Positions 1-9,187 of a stretch of 64,000 nucleotides of DNA are shown one piece after another; position 1 is the stretch's first letter, and each line of letters opens with the position of its first letter. A program made the position numbers and the translations under genes. The stretch comes from Flavobacteriales bacterium (GTDB taxonomy: Bacteria > Bacteroidota > Bacteroidia > M30B66). The DNA lies in contig JBBAKX010000001.1 in the NCBI GenBank assembly GCA_040403315.1, forward strand, positions 818,703 through 882,702, written 5' to 3'. Under the pieces are notes generated by a model. It worked only from the letters and a program-made list of their open reading frames with translations, was not told the DNA's origin and made no database searches.

Positions 1-352
1 ACTGTGGTTCCACACCATCTACAGCAGAAAACAAAAACACAAGACCGTCAAGCACACGTAGTGAACGATTCACCTCCACCGTAAAGTCAACGTGACCTGG
101 AGTATCGATGATGTTCATTTTGTAGTTGTTGTCGCGGTAAGTCCAAAAGCAGGTTGTAGCCGCTGATGTAATGGTTATACCTCTTTCTTGCTCCTGAACC
201 ATCCAATCCATAGTAGCAGCACCGTCGTGCACTTCACCAATTTTGTGATTTACACCGGTGTAATAAAGGATACGCTCGGTTGTGGTAGTCTTACCTGCAT
301 CGATGTGTGCGGCAATACCAATGTTACGCGTAAATTTAAGATCGTGGCTCAT
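1..352 (-). CDS. fusA: Elongation factor G, N-terminal part only (gene continues past the left edge of the window)
   Basis: Reverse-strand translation from the ATG at 352-350 reads [33 protein letters not shown]...[14 protein letters not shown]. This carries the GTPase G1 (AHIDAGKT) and G3 (DTPGH) motifs. It lies downstream of rpsL-rpsG as in the conserved str operon. It is absent from the ORF track because it is truncated. Confidence 0.93.
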   Translation of the reverse strand, partial: MSHDLKFTRNIGIAAHIDAGKTTTTERILYYTGVNHKIGEVHDGAATMDWMVQEQERGITITSAATTCFWTYRDNNYKMNIIDTPGHVDFTVEVNRSLRVLDGLVFLFSAVDGVEPQ

Positions 353-374
353 AGCACTTATCTGGAAGGTTTAC

Positions 375-842
375 TTAGAATCTGAAATGTGAGAATGCCT
401 TGTTGGCTTCCGCCATACGGTGAGTATCTTCTTTCTTCTTGTGCGCAGATCCTTCACCTTTACTTGCTGCAACAATTTCTCCGGCAAGTTTCATCGCCAT
501 TGATTTTTCATTGCGTTTGCGAGCATACATGATTAACCATTTCATACCAAGAGCGGTGCGACGGTCAGGACGAATTTCCATTGGGATTTGGAAAGTAGCA
601 CCACCAACTCGGCGGCTTTTTACTTCAACTGCAGGACTAACGTTCTCCAATGCTCTCTTCCATACTTCATGACCATTCTCTTCGGTGCGTTTTGCAACGA
701 TATCGACTGCATCGTAGAAAAGTTTGAAGGCAATACTTTTTTTGCCATCGTACATCATGTTGTTTACGAATCGTGTAACAACAGGGTCTCCGAAGCGTGG
801 ATCCGGAAGACGGGGAATTCGTTTGGGTGTGGATTTTCTCAT
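375..842 (-). CDS. rpsG: 30S ribosomal protein S7
   Basis: 155-aa ORF MRKSTPKRIPRLPDPRFGDPVVTRFVNNMMYDGKKS... is typical S7. It sits between rpsL and fusA. Confidence 0.97.
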   Translation of the reverse strand: MRKSTPKRIPRLPDPRFGDPVVTRFVNNMMYDGKKSIAFKLFYDAVDIVAKRTEENGHEVWKRALENVSPAVEVKSRRVGGATFQIPMEIRPDRRTALGMKWLIMYARKRNEKSMAMKLAGEIVAASKGEGSAHKKKEDTHRMAEANKAFSHFRF

Positions 843-868
843 GTGATTGCTATGCTGAGATCTTCAGA

Positions 869-1294
869 TTATTTTTTCTTGCCGCCTTTTCCACCTTTAC
901 CTGCAGCAGCTGCCGGTTGACCTGGTTTAGGACGCTTAGTTCCGTATTTTGAACGACGTTGGTTACGACCTTCTACTCCAGAAGTATCGAGAGCTCCTCG
1001 CACGATGTGATAACGAACACCTGGAAGATCTTTTACCCTTCCTCCGCGGATCAACACAATGGAGTGCTCCTGTAGGTTGTGGCCTTCTCCTGGGATGTAG
1101 GCATTAACTTCTTTTGTATTTGTAAGACGAACACGCGCTACTTTACGCATCGCTGAGTTTGGCTTCTTTGGGGTTGTAGTGTAAACCCGTGTACAAACTC
1201 CACGGCGCTGAGGACATGAATCCAATGCTGGACTCTTACTCTTAGTGGCGTTAGGCGTGCGGCCTTTACGTACAAGCTGCTGAATGGTAGGCAT
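869..1294 (-). CDS. rpsL: 30S ribosomal protein S12, with a Gly/Lys-rich C-terminal tail
   Basis: 141-aa [15 protein letters not shown]...[16 protein letters not shown]...[18 protein letters not shown] is canonical S12. It is the first gene of the str operon. Confidence 0.97.
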   Translation of the reverse strand: MPTIQQLVRKGRTPNATKSKSPALDSCPQRRGVCTRVYTTTPKKPNSAMRKVARVRLTNTKEVNAYIPGEGHNLQEHSIVLIRGGRVKDLPGVRYHIVRGALDTSGVEGRNQRRSKYGTKRPKPGQPAAAAGKGGKGGKKK

Positions 1295-1361
1295 GCTTTA
1301 CTGCTTGATTATGTTGTGATTATCTTATTAAAACGGTCTACTCGCCCGAATTTTGGGAGCG

Positions 1362-1369
1362 CAAAGATA
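1362..1369 (-). promoter_or_regulatory. Putative Bacteroidota sigma-A -7 box (TAnnTTTG) for rpsL-rpsG-fusA
   Basis: The minus strand reads TATCTTTG (followed by CGC), about 67 nt upstream of the rpsL ATG. It matches the established Bacteroidetes -7 consensus TAnnTTTG. Confidence 0.4.
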
Positions 1370-1651
1370 GGAAGTACTTTTAATTAACCAACTGATAGTT
1401 AGATTTTTTTTTCAATGATTCTATCCTTTTTTTTCTGGATAAACTTTCTTTCGACTGTATTCCTCTATTTTTCTTGGTCATTCAGGTAGTTTTTTGTTCG
1501 CTTTTTTATCAATAACAAAGGCTTGAGCTTACGATTGTGCGGCTTTTTTTGTTCCTGTTTTGTTAAATTTTCTCCTCCGGGTTATCGTTTTGGCTAACGG
1601 TGGTTGATAAAATTAGTCGCCCATTTCCCAGACTTTCACCTTGCGCTTGAT

Positions 1652-1659
1652 TACTTTTG
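1652..1659 (+). promoter_or_regulatory. Putative -7 box (TACTTTTG) for the helicase gene
   Basis: TACTTTTG ends 4 nt before the ATG at 1664. No convincing -33 TTG was seen at the expected spacing. Confidence 0.35.
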
Positions 1660-1663
1660 CGCA

Positions 1664-4033
1664 ATGAAGTCTGATTTCCTTAGCGAGTTAAACCCTATTC
1701 AACGGCAAGCTGCCGAAACTACCGACGGCCCTGTAATGATTATAGCTGGCGCAGGATCAGGCAAAACGCGAGTACTCACATACAGAATCGCCAACCTGCT
1801 TCATAAAGGAGTTGATTCATTCAACATTCTTGCTCTTACCTTCACTAATAAGGCTGCGCGAGAAATGAAAGATAGAATTAACAACTTGGTTGTTGGAACG
1901 GAGGCTCGAAACCTTTGGATGGGCACTTTCCACTCGATCTTCGCTAGGATTCTTCGAGCCGAAGGCGAACGTCTTGGGTATCCTTCTAACTTTACTATTT
2001 ATGATACCGAGGATTCAAAAGGACTCATCAAAAATATCCTTTCAGAGCTTCAGCTTGATGATAAAATCTACAAGACTTCGCTTGTACTCAGCAGGATTTC
2101 ATCAGCGAAAAATAATCTGATTTCTTCACGTGAATATAGCAGCCATGCTCAAATTCTTGATGAAGACCGACAAAGCGGCAAACCCAAGCTTGGCTTAATT
2201 TATGAGACCTACGACAAACGTTTGTTTAAGTCGTCGGCAATGGACTTTGATGACCTTTTGTTCAAAACCAACGTCCTATTAAAGCAGTTTCCTGAGGTAT
2301 TATATAAGTATCAACAGAAATTCAGGTTTATTCTTGTAGATGAGTATCAGGATACAAACTTCAGTCAGTACCTGATTGTTAAGAAACTCTCCGCCATGTA
2401 CCAGAATATTTGCGTAGTTGGTGATGATGCGCAGAGCATTTATGCCTTCCGCGGAGCGAATATCCAGAACATTCTTAATTTTGAGAAAGACTACCCAGAA
2501 CTCAAAGTTTTTAAATTAGAACAGAATTATAGGTCTACCAAAACTATTGTTGAAGCAGCAAATTCAGTGATTCGGAACAACAAGGATCAGCTGAAAAAAG
2601 TTGTTTGGACAGATAACAATGAGGGAGATAGAATAAGATTAATGCGCGCTGGATCCGACAATGAAGAGGGTAATCTTGTAGCCAATAGCATTCTCGATTT
2701 ACGAATGCAGCACCAATTGCCAAATAAAGACATTGCTATCCTTTACCGAACGAATGCACAAAGTCGTGCAATGGAAGAGGCCCTTAGAAAACGAGGCATT
2801 CCGTACAGAATTTATGGTGGATTGTCATTTTACAAGCGCAAAGAAATTAAGGATCTACTTGCATATTTTCGTCTTACTATTAATTCAGCAGATGAGGAAG
2901 CACTACGAAGAGTGATTAATTATCCTGCACGTGGAATTGGAAAAACCACCTTGGAAAAGCTCGTAGTGGCTGCAGACCAGCATAATGTAAGCATCTTCGA
3001 AATCATCGAGAATTTGGATCAATACCGAATTTTATCGGGTGCAACTGCCCAGAAAATTGGTGAATTTGTGATGATGATCAGGAGTTTTAGACACGGACTC
3101 GCAACCAGTAATGCGTACGACTTGGCTATGCATATTGCTCGATCTTCAGGTTTGTTAAAAGAGTTGGGAGTGGACAAAACGCCTGAAGGAGTTTCTAAGC
3201 ATGACAACGTAATGGAGCTTCTCAATGGTATTCAAGAATTCGTAGACACGCCGCCTGAGAGTGATGATGAAGTTGCTGAACGAACGCTGGATGTTTTCAT
3301 GCGCGACATTGCTTTGCTCACAGATGCCGATGAAAAGGACGATGAAGACACGAACAAAGTAACGATGATGACCATCCATGCAGCAAAAGGGCTTGAGTTT
3401 AAGGCTGTTTTTGTAGTTGGTTTGGAAGAGAACCTTTTTCCTTCTCAACTGGCATTAAACTCTCGAGAAGAACTTGAAGAAGAGCGTCGATTGTTTTATG
3501 TCGCCATCACGCGTGCAGAACGATTCCTAACTATAACGTATGCAACCAGTAGATATAGATGGGGCAAAATTGATTTTTCGGAGCCTAGTCGTTTCTTAGA
3601 AGAAATAGACCAAAATCTGCTCGAACTTCCACCAGAACCGCAGCAAGGAAAAGGATTTATGAATTTCGAGGATGAACGGTTAGGATTTGGAGGATTTACT
3701 AGCCGACAAAATTCCGCCTCATCATTCAAACCGAGAGAGAAAACAGAAACAGGATTTGCGCCAAAATCTCCTACAAACTTATCTGAACCAGAATTTCAGC
3801 CCAAGCCTAAGTTAACATCAGCCTCACAAGCGATCTTAAAACCAGGTTTCGAAGCCGATGATCTTTCAAAACTTACCGAAGGAATGCAAGTTGAGCATGA
3901 AAAATTTGGCAAAGGGAAAGTTATCCATGTGGATGGTAGGCCAGGAGAAAAAAAGGCCACAGTGCTTTTTGAGGTAGCAGGACAAAAGCAATTATTGCTT
4001 AAGTTTGCAAGAGTTAAAATTATCAAAGCCTGA
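1664..4033 (+). CDS. uvrD: UvrD/Rep/PcrA-family ATP-dependent DNA helicase (superfamily 1)
   Basis: Walker A AGAGSGKT, motif II VDEYQDTN, then QNYRS and a C-terminal FGKGKV... domain. The track ORF starts at a TTG (1604). The ATG at 1664 (MKSDFLSELNPIQRQAA) matches usual family N-termini. UvrD cannot be distinguished from PcrA by eye. Confidence 0.88.
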   Translation: MKSDFLSELNPIQRQAAETTDGPVMIIAGAGSGKTRVLTYRIANLLHKGVDSFNILALTFTNKAAREMKDRINNLVVGTEARNLWMGTFHSIFARILRAEGERLGYPSNFTIYDTEDSKGLIKNILSELQLDDKIYKTSLVLSRISSAKNNLISSREYSSHAQILDEDRQSGKPKLGLIYETYDKRLFKSSAMDFDDLLFKTNVLLKQFPEVLYKYQQKFRFILVDEYQDTNFSQYLIVKKLSAMYQNICVVGDDAQSIYAFRGANIQNILNFEKDYPELKVFKLEQNYRSTKTIVEAANSVIRNNKDQLKKVVWTDNNEGDRIRLMRAGSDNEEGNLVANSILDLRMQHQLPNKDIAILYRTNAQSRAMEEALRKRGIPYRIYGGLSFYKRKEIKDLLAYFRLTINSADEEALRRVINYPARGIGKTTLEKLVVAADQHNVSIFEIIENLDQYRILSGATAQKIGEFVMMIRSFRHGLATSNAYDLAMHIARSSGLLKELGVDKTPEGVSKHDNVMELLNGIQEFVDTPPESDDEVAERTLDVFMRDIALLTDADEKDDEDTNKVTMMTIHAAKGLEFKAVFVVGLEENLFPSQLALNSREELEEERRLFYVAITRAERFLTITYATSRYRWGKIDFSEPSRFLEEIDQNLLELPPEPQQGKGFMNFEDERLGFGGFTSRQNSASSFKPREKTETGFAPKSPTNLSEPEFQPKPKLTSASQAILKPGFEADDLSKLTEGMQVEHEKFGKGKVIHVDGRPGEKKATVLFEVAGQKQLLLKFARVKIIKA

Positions 4034-4098
4034 TTATTGCACTTATTCTTAGTGGCAATTTTAGAAGTTTTTCTTCATTTTTCAGGCACTCTAATACT

Positions 4099-4749
4099 AT
4101 GATGGAATACAATTCTCAGCGACCAAAGCTGATCATTTCTGAATACGGTCGCCATATTCAAAAGATGGTCGATAACGCTTGTGCGATCGAAGACCGTGAA
4201 CAAAGAAACCAAGCTGCGCGAGCGATCATCGTAGTAATGGGGCAACTTAATCCACATCTTCGCGATCAAAGTGACTTCAGACACAAATTGTGGGATCACT
4301 TGTTTATTATGTCGGATTTTCGGCTAGATGTAGATTCTCCGTATCCAATTCCTTCAAGAGAAAGTTTGGCCACCAAGCCATCCCGACTTCAGTATCCAAG
4401 CAACTTAATTCGCTACAAGCATTACGGTAAAATTGTAGAGAATTTGATCGATAATGCCCGAAAAATAGAAGATCCTTCCCTTAAAGAATCAATGGTTAGT
4501 GCCATAGCACACCATTTGAAGAAATCTTATTTGGCATGGAATCGCGATTCTGTGGCTGATGATATTATTTTTAAAGATCTGAAAGATTTGTCTGCTGGAT
4601 CACTTCAAATGCCCGATGGAACTCAGCTAGGAGCCGCGACAGAAGTGCTAACTGCGAATTATTCACAAAGTCCGGGTAAGAAGTTTAATCGCAATAAGCA
4701 AAAACAGAAATCATTCAAGCGTAAATTCGGCAGCAGTAATAGCTACTGA
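4099..4749 (+). CDS. DUF4290-family protein (conserved Bacteroidota protein found upstream of murA)
   Basis: 216-aa ORF MMEYNSQRPKLIISEYGRHIQKMVDNA... ends 5 nt before murA. The family assignment is from memory of the conserved DUF4290-murA gene order. Confidence 0.7.
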   Translation: MMEYNSQRPKLIISEYGRHIQKMVDNACAIEDREQRNQAARAIIVVMGQLNPHLRDQSDFRHKLWDHLFIMSDFRLDVDSPYPIPSRESLATKPSRLQYPSNLIRYKHYGKIVENLIDNARKIEDPSLKESMVSAIAHHLKKSYLAWNRDSVADDIIFKDLKDLSAGSLQMPDGTQLGAATEVLTANYSQSPGKKFNRNKQKQKSFKRKFGSSNSY

Positions 4750-4754
4750 ACCGT

Positions 4755-6059
4755 ATGAACAGATTCGAAATAACTGGAGGCAAGCGCCTGTCCGGTGAAC
4801 TTATTCCGCAGGGCGCGAAGAATGAAGCCCTCCAAATTCTCTGTGCTGTACTTCTAACACCGGAGCGCTGTGAAATTCATAATGTTCCAGACATTGTGGA
4901 TGTCAACAAATTGATTGACCTGCTTCAAGCACTCGGGGTTAAAGTCGAGAAAATAGGAAATGGATCCTGGGCATTCCAAGCCGACAATGTGAATGTCGAT
5001 TTCATGATTTCGGAAGATTTCAAAAAACGTGGAGCTGCATTGCGAGGTTCGGTGATGATTGTTGGTCCATTGCTCGCAAGATTCGGACGTGGCTACATCC
5101 CGAAACCAGGAGGAGATAAAATTGGCCGCCGCCGATTAGATACCCATTTTATTGGCTTTCAAAATCTTGGCGCTGAATTCGATTTCGATAGTGTAGATAA
5201 TTTCTACAAAGTAGAAGCGAAAGAATTACGCGGTGCTTCTATGTTGCTTGATGAGGCCTCTGTTACAGGAACAGCCAACATCATCATGGCAGCAGTGCTT
5301 GCCAAAGGTATTACCACCATTTATAATGCTGCTTGTGAACCCTACATTCAACAGCTTTGTAAAATGCTTAATAGCATGGGTGCTAATATTAGCGGTGTTG
5401 GATCAAACCTAATTAGTATTGAAGGTGTTCGTGAACTTGGTGGTTGTTCCCACCGAATGCTACCGGATATGATCGAAATAGGCTCCTTCATCGGCCTAGC
5501 CGCAATGACACAATCTAACATTCGAATTAAAGATACCGGTTATGACCATTTAGGAATGATTCCAGATGTGTTTCGACGGTTAGGAATAGAAGTTCTTCGT
5601 GATGGTGATGATATAGTTATCCCTGAACAGGAAAGCTACACCATTAACAAATATATTGACGGATCTATTTTAACTGTTGCAGACGCACCTTGGCCAGGAT
5701 TTACGCCTGATTTGTTGAGCATTATGTTAGTGGTTGCAACGCAAGCCAACGGTTCGGTGCTTATTCACCAAAAAATGTTCGAGAGCCGATTGTTTTTCGT
5801 AGATAAGCTCATAGATATGGGGGCTCAAATCATACTTTGCGATCCTCACCGCGCAACCATTATCGGTATCAATCGTCGATATAAACTTCGTGGAATAAAA
5901 ATGACTTCTCCAGATATTCGCGCTGGTGTTTCATTATTGATTGCTGCTTTATCAGCAGATGGTACATCAGTTATTGACAACATCGAGCAAATCGATCGTG
6001 GTTATCAAAATATTGACACTAGACTTCGCGCAATCGGAGCCGATATTAAGCGTCTTTGA
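4755..6059 (+). CDS. murA: UDP-N-acetylglucosamine 1-carboxyvinyltransferase
   Basis: 434-aa ORF with typical MurA features: N-terminus ...ITGGKRLSGELIPQGAKNEALQILCA, a KPGGDKIGRRRLDTH loop, and the C-terminal motif IDRGYQNID. Confidence 0.95.
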   Translation: MNRFEITGGKRLSGELIPQGAKNEALQILCAVLLTPERCEIHNVPDIVDVNKLIDLLQALGVKVEKIGNGSWAFQADNVNVDFMISEDFKKRGAALRGSVMIVGPLLARFGRGYIPKPGGDKIGRRRLDTHFIGFQNLGAEFDFDSVDNFYKVEAKELRGASMLLDEASVTGTANIIMAAVLAKGITTIYNAACEPYIQQLCKMLNSMGANISGVGSNLISIEGVRELGGCSHRMLPDMIEIGSFIGLAAMTQSNIRIKDTGYDHLGMIPDVFRRLGIEVLRDGDDIVIPEQESYTINKYIDGSILTVADAPWPGFTPDLLSIMLVVATQANGSVLIHQKMFESRLFFVDKLIDMGAQIILCDPHRATIIGINRRYKLRGIKMTSPDIRAGVSLLIAALSADGTSVIDNIEQIDRGYQNIDTRLRAIGADIKRL

Positions 6060-6075
6060 TTTTTAAACCAACAGC

Positions 6076-7833
6076 ATGAATTGGAAGAATTGGATCACTT
6101 TTCCGAGGTTTCTGCTGTTGGTTTTGTTTATTGCCCAATGGCATATTCTGGCTGTTCGGCTCGACGGCGAAAGTTGGAAGGATGTAATTTCAACTGGAGG
6201 AGATGCCCATGGATACTATATGTATCTGCCCAATACTTTCATCAAGAATGATTACCCATATTCTCCTTCGAAAGTTAATCAGCCCGATTCTGGTTATGTA
6301 ACGGTAAATCGATATTTCATCGGTACAGCAGTGGCTCAGCTGCCCTTTTTTCTTGCGAGCGACTTGTTGGTTCAACAGTTTCGTTTTGAAGAAAGAACAG
6401 GTTATTCCTCCTGGTATATTGCTGCTATTAGTATTTCAGGGCTCTTTTACTTAGCGATTGGATTGATTTCATTGAACAAACTAATGCTCCGATTTGGCTT
6501 TAAAGAGCATATCAGTGTTGCAGTATTGTTTACTTTATTTTTCGCAACTAATCTTTACTATTATGCTTTGCAAGAACCTGGAATGTCGCATGTGTATTCC
6601 TTCGGATTCATCTCTTGGTTTTTGTTGGTTCTGCATCAGCAGGTAGAAATATTCAAAGCGAAACGCCTCATTCTGTTGGTGTTTTTACTAAGTTTAATCG
6701 CATTCATTCGTCCAGTAAATGCCTTGTTTCTTTTGGCTGTAATTCCGTTTGCTGGTTCAATTGAAATGCTGAACGGTATAATAGGAAAGTTCATTCACCA
6801 TTGGAAAGTGATGTTGTTTTCATTGGTTATTCCGGCAGTATTTATCACAGTGCAATCGCTTTTTTATTTTGCACAAACTCACCAGTGGTGGATTTATAGT
6901 TATGGCGATGAAGGGTTTGATTTTCTAAATCCTCAATGGGGCAATCTGCTCTTTTCATTTCGCAAAGGTTGGCTCATTTATACACCAGTTTTGGTTTTAT
7001 TGGTTCCCGCAATCTTTTGTTTTTATAAACAGTTTGGGCGATTTTCTGCAGCTTCAATAAGCTTCATTTTTATCCTCTTTATTTATGTTACTGCTTCCTG
7101 GTGGTGTTGGTGGTATGGAGGCAGTTTTGGATCAAGACCATTTGTTGATTTAATGCCATTTTGTGTATTGCCCATTGCTTCCTTGTATAAAAATATATCG
7201 AGTATTCCTTGGCAGAAGTACTTAGTAACTTCATTTGTTGGGCTTTGTACTTTTTTAAACCTCTTTCAAATTTGGCAATACGTTCATTCTATTCTGCCGT
7301 ATGATGAAATGGATTTCATAAAATACGAAAAACTATTCCTGCAAAATGATAAGGATTTTATTTATCTGTTTGAAAAAGATGAAGTTTGGATCAGAGAGAA
7401 TTTCCCGCATCCAGAACCAATATGGACATCTCCTCAATTACTGAATAAGCAAGCTGGTGCTTCGCAGAATGTATTTCTTGGAAAAGATAGTTTGATCGAA
7501 TTGATCGATATTTCAGTTCCTCCAGAAATTTTTGTCCAAGGCGAAATTCGGATGATGAAAATTAATTTTCAAGTGCGCATGTCGGAACTTCACCCAAAAG
7601 CAGCACTCATTTCTGAACTTGGTTCTTGCGATTATCCTGTATTTTGGAATAAGAAATTGCTCATTGCTAAAGTTGAACATGCAAATTGTTGGGAAACAGC
7701 ATCATTGTTATTCCCAATTTGTGAATTTCCCGGATTGTTTCCCGAGATAAATCTTTCAATGTTTCAGCCAAAAAATGCAACAATTGAAATTAGAAACCTT
7801 AAGATTGAATTTCTACGAAACAAGGAAAGTTAA
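6076..7833 (+). CDS. Polytopic membrane protein, tentatively a GT-C-like (ArnT/PMT-like) glycosyltransferase with a soluble C-terminal domain
   Basis: 585-aa ORF. The first ~400 aa hold many hydrophobic helices and are rich in aromatic residues. The last ~180 aa are hydrophilic. Function is inferred from architecture only. Confidence 0.5.
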   Translation: MNWKNWITFPRFLLLVLFIAQWHILAVRLDGESWKDVISTGGDAHGYYMYLPNTFIKNDYPYSPSKVNQPDSGYVTVNRYFIGTAVAQLPFFLASDLLVQQFRFEERTGYSSWYIAAISISGLFYLAIGLISLNKLMLRFGFKEHISVAVLFTLFFATNLYYYALQEPGMSHVYSFGFISWFLLVLHQQVEIFKAKRLILLVFLLSLIAFIRPVNALFLLAVIPFAGSIEMLNGIIGKFIHHWKVMLFSLVIPAVFITVQSLFYFAQTHQWWIYSYGDEGFDFLNPQWGNLLFSFRKGWLIYTPVLVLLVPAIFCFYKQFGRFSAASISFIFILFIYVTASWWCWWYGGSFGSRPFVDLMPFCVLPIASLYKNISSIPWQKYLVTSFVGLCTFLNLFQIWQYVHSILPYDEMDFIKYEKLFLQNDKDFIYLFEKDEVWIRENFPHPEPIWTSPQLLNKQAGASQNVFLGKDSLIELIDISVPPEIFVQGEIRMMKINFQVRMSELHPKAALISELGSCDYPVFWNKKLLIAKVEHANCWETASLLFPICEFPGLFPEINLSMFQPKNATIEIRNLKIEFLRNKES

Positions 7834-7878
7834 GCTTGGCTTTATTTTTGTAAATTCGCATTTTCATAAAAACAATTC

Positions 7879-8430
7879 ATGAAATCAAATAAAATCTTCT
7901 GGTCGCTATTTCTGTTGGCATTTGTAACTGTCGGCAGCATGCTTGCAATTAATTACAAATCAAATGGTCCTAAGCCCGTTGTTGGATTGAACGTGGGCAA
8001 TCAGGCGCCTGATTTAGCATTCAAAACACCTGCAGGAAAAGAAATTAAGTTATCTTCTCTTCGTGGTCAGGTTGTTTTATTAGACTTTTGGGCATCTTGG
8101 TGTGGTCCGTGTCGCATGGAAAATCCAAATGTGGTAAAGGCTTACAACAAGTACAACAAGATGAAATTCAAATCAGGCAAAGGCTTTACAATTTATAATG
8201 TATCGCTTGATATGAAGAAAGAAGCTTGGGAAAAAGCTATCCAAAAAGATGGTCTAGTTTGGGAAAACCATGTAAGCGATTTGATGGGTTGGAGTTCTCA
8301 AGCAGCCGCTATTTATGGAGTAAGTTCGATCCCTATGAACTACCTTATCGATGGCAAAGGAATTATCCTCGCAAAAAATCTTCGCGGAGCTTCACTTGAC
8401 GCAGAGCTCGACAAGCAACTCGGAAACTAA
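7879..8430 (+). CDS. TlpA/ResA-like thiol:disulfide oxidoreductase (thioredoxin fold), membrane-anchored or exported
   Basis: N-terminal hydrophobic segment and the active-site motif WASWCGPC. Confidence 0.85.
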   Translation: MKSNKIFWSLFLLAFVTVGSMLAINYKSNGPKPVVGLNVGNQAPDLAFKTPAGKEIKLSSLRGQVVLLDFWASWCGPCRMENPNVVKAYNKYNKMKFKSGKGFTIYNVSLDMKKEAWEKAIQKDGLVWENHVSDLMGWSSQAAAIYGVSSIPMNYLIDGKGIILAKNLRGASLDAELDKQLGN

Positions 8431-8447
8431 GTTGCTTTAAATTATTG

Positions 8448-8484
8448 AAAGCAGGCTTTCTTCAACAGATTGCCTGCTTTTTTC
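8448..8484 (+). terminator. Rho-independent terminator after the TlpA-like gene
   Basis: The 8-bp stem AAGCAGGC (8449-8456) pairs with GCCTGCTT (8472-8479) across a 15-nt loop and is followed by a T-run to 8483. Confidence 0.55.
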
Positions 8485-8510
8485 ATGTCAGAATGTCGCA
8501 ATCCTCTGCA

Positions 8511-8526
8511 TGGCACTATGGTTGCA
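8511..8526 (+). promoter_or_regulatory. Candidate sigma-54 (RpoN) -24/-12 promoter for grpE-dnaJ
   Basis: TGGCAC(8511-8516)-tatgg-TTGCA(8522-8526) matches all 11 core positions of TGGCAC-N5-TTGCW. It lies in the intergenic region on the coding strand, between the upstream terminator and grpE. Confidence 0.5.
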
Positions 8527-8577
8527 AATGCGGCGCGAAATCCAATGAAAAACAGGATAAGAAAATTTTTTAGTCAA

Positions 8578-9177
8578 ATGAACCCCGAAGAAAAAGCTAC
8601 GGAAATCAACAACTCGGAAGCAGAAGCGCAACCGGTGAATGAATCCGCTACAGATGAACAAATCGTTGCCGAAGGCCCGGTTATAAGTGAAGATCCAATT
8701 AATCCTGATGCATTAAATGTTGAGGAGGCGAAGATTTCTGATTGGGAAGCCAAATACCACGATATTAACGATCGCTACTTGCGCTTGTATTCCGAATTCG
8801 ACAATTACAGAAAACGCACCATCAAGGAACGCGCTGATTTAATTAAAACGGCAGGTTCTGACATTTTTGCTGCCATTCTGCCTGTGTTGGACGACTTTGA
8901 ACGAGCATCAAAAGCTCTTGAAGCTTCAGGTGAATCAAATCCCGCACAAGCTGGTATGCTACTGATTTCTCAAAAATTGAAAGTGATTCTTATTGGTCGT
9001 GGTTTGGAAGAAATGAATGCAAAAGGGCAGGACTTTGATCCCGATCTCCATGAAGCCATCACACAAATTCCTGCTCCCGACGAAAGTCAAAAGGGAAAGG
9101 TCATCGAAGAACTTGAAAGGGGCTTTTCGTTAAATGGCAAAGTAATTCGCTTTGCTAAAGTTGTTGTTGGAAGCTGA
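8578..9177 (+). CDS. grpE: Nucleotide exchange factor GrpE
   Basis: Acidic N-terminus followed by ...[15 protein letters not shown]... and a C-terminal ...[11 protein letters not shown]. The track start (8470) lies inside the upstream terminator. ATG 8578 gives 199 aa. ATG 8545 is an alternative. Confidence 0.88.
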   Translation: MNPEEKATEINNSEAEAQPVNESATDEQIVAEGPVISEDPINPDALNVEEAKISDWEAKYHDINDRYLRLYSEFDNYRKRTIKERADLIKTAGSDIFAAILPVLDDFERASKALEASGESNPAQAGMLLISQKLKVILIGRGLEEMNAKGQDFDPDLHEAITQIPAPDESQKGKVIEELERGFSLNGKVIRFAKVVVGS

Positions 9178-9187
9178 TAATCAAAAA

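Noticed and set aside
869-925. Gly/Lys/Ala-rich C-terminal tail ([18 protein letters not shown]) on S12. Considered as a possible unusual extension.
   Set aside because: As far as I recall, similar basic tails on S12 are common in Bacteroidota, so this is probably a lineage trait rather than a novelty. I did not verify that by alignment.
1604-1663. 20-codon N-terminal extension of the helicase ORF, starting at a TTG.
   Set aside because: The extension would begin upstream of the -7 box at 1652-1659, and it does not resemble family N-termini. The ATG at 1664 is followed directly by the conserved LNPIQRQAA segment.
7836-7860. TGGCTT-tattt-TTGTA upstream of the TlpA-like gene, considered as a second sigma-54 promoter.
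   Set aside because: The -12 element reads GT instead of the essential GC, and the -24 element is imperfect. It is too weak to call.
8517-8524. TATGGTTG as an ordinary sigma-A -7 box for grpE.
   Set aside because: It is not rejected outright. It has one mismatch to TAnnTTTG (G at the first T of TTTG), while the overlapping sigma-54 match is perfect. It is kept as the main alternative explanation in the corresponding finding.
8470-8577. 36-codon N-terminal extension of grpE in the ORF track.
   Set aside because: It would start inside the upstream terminator hairpin and would read through the sigma-54 promoter-like element. The basic and Cys-containing sequence is unlike GrpE N-termini.
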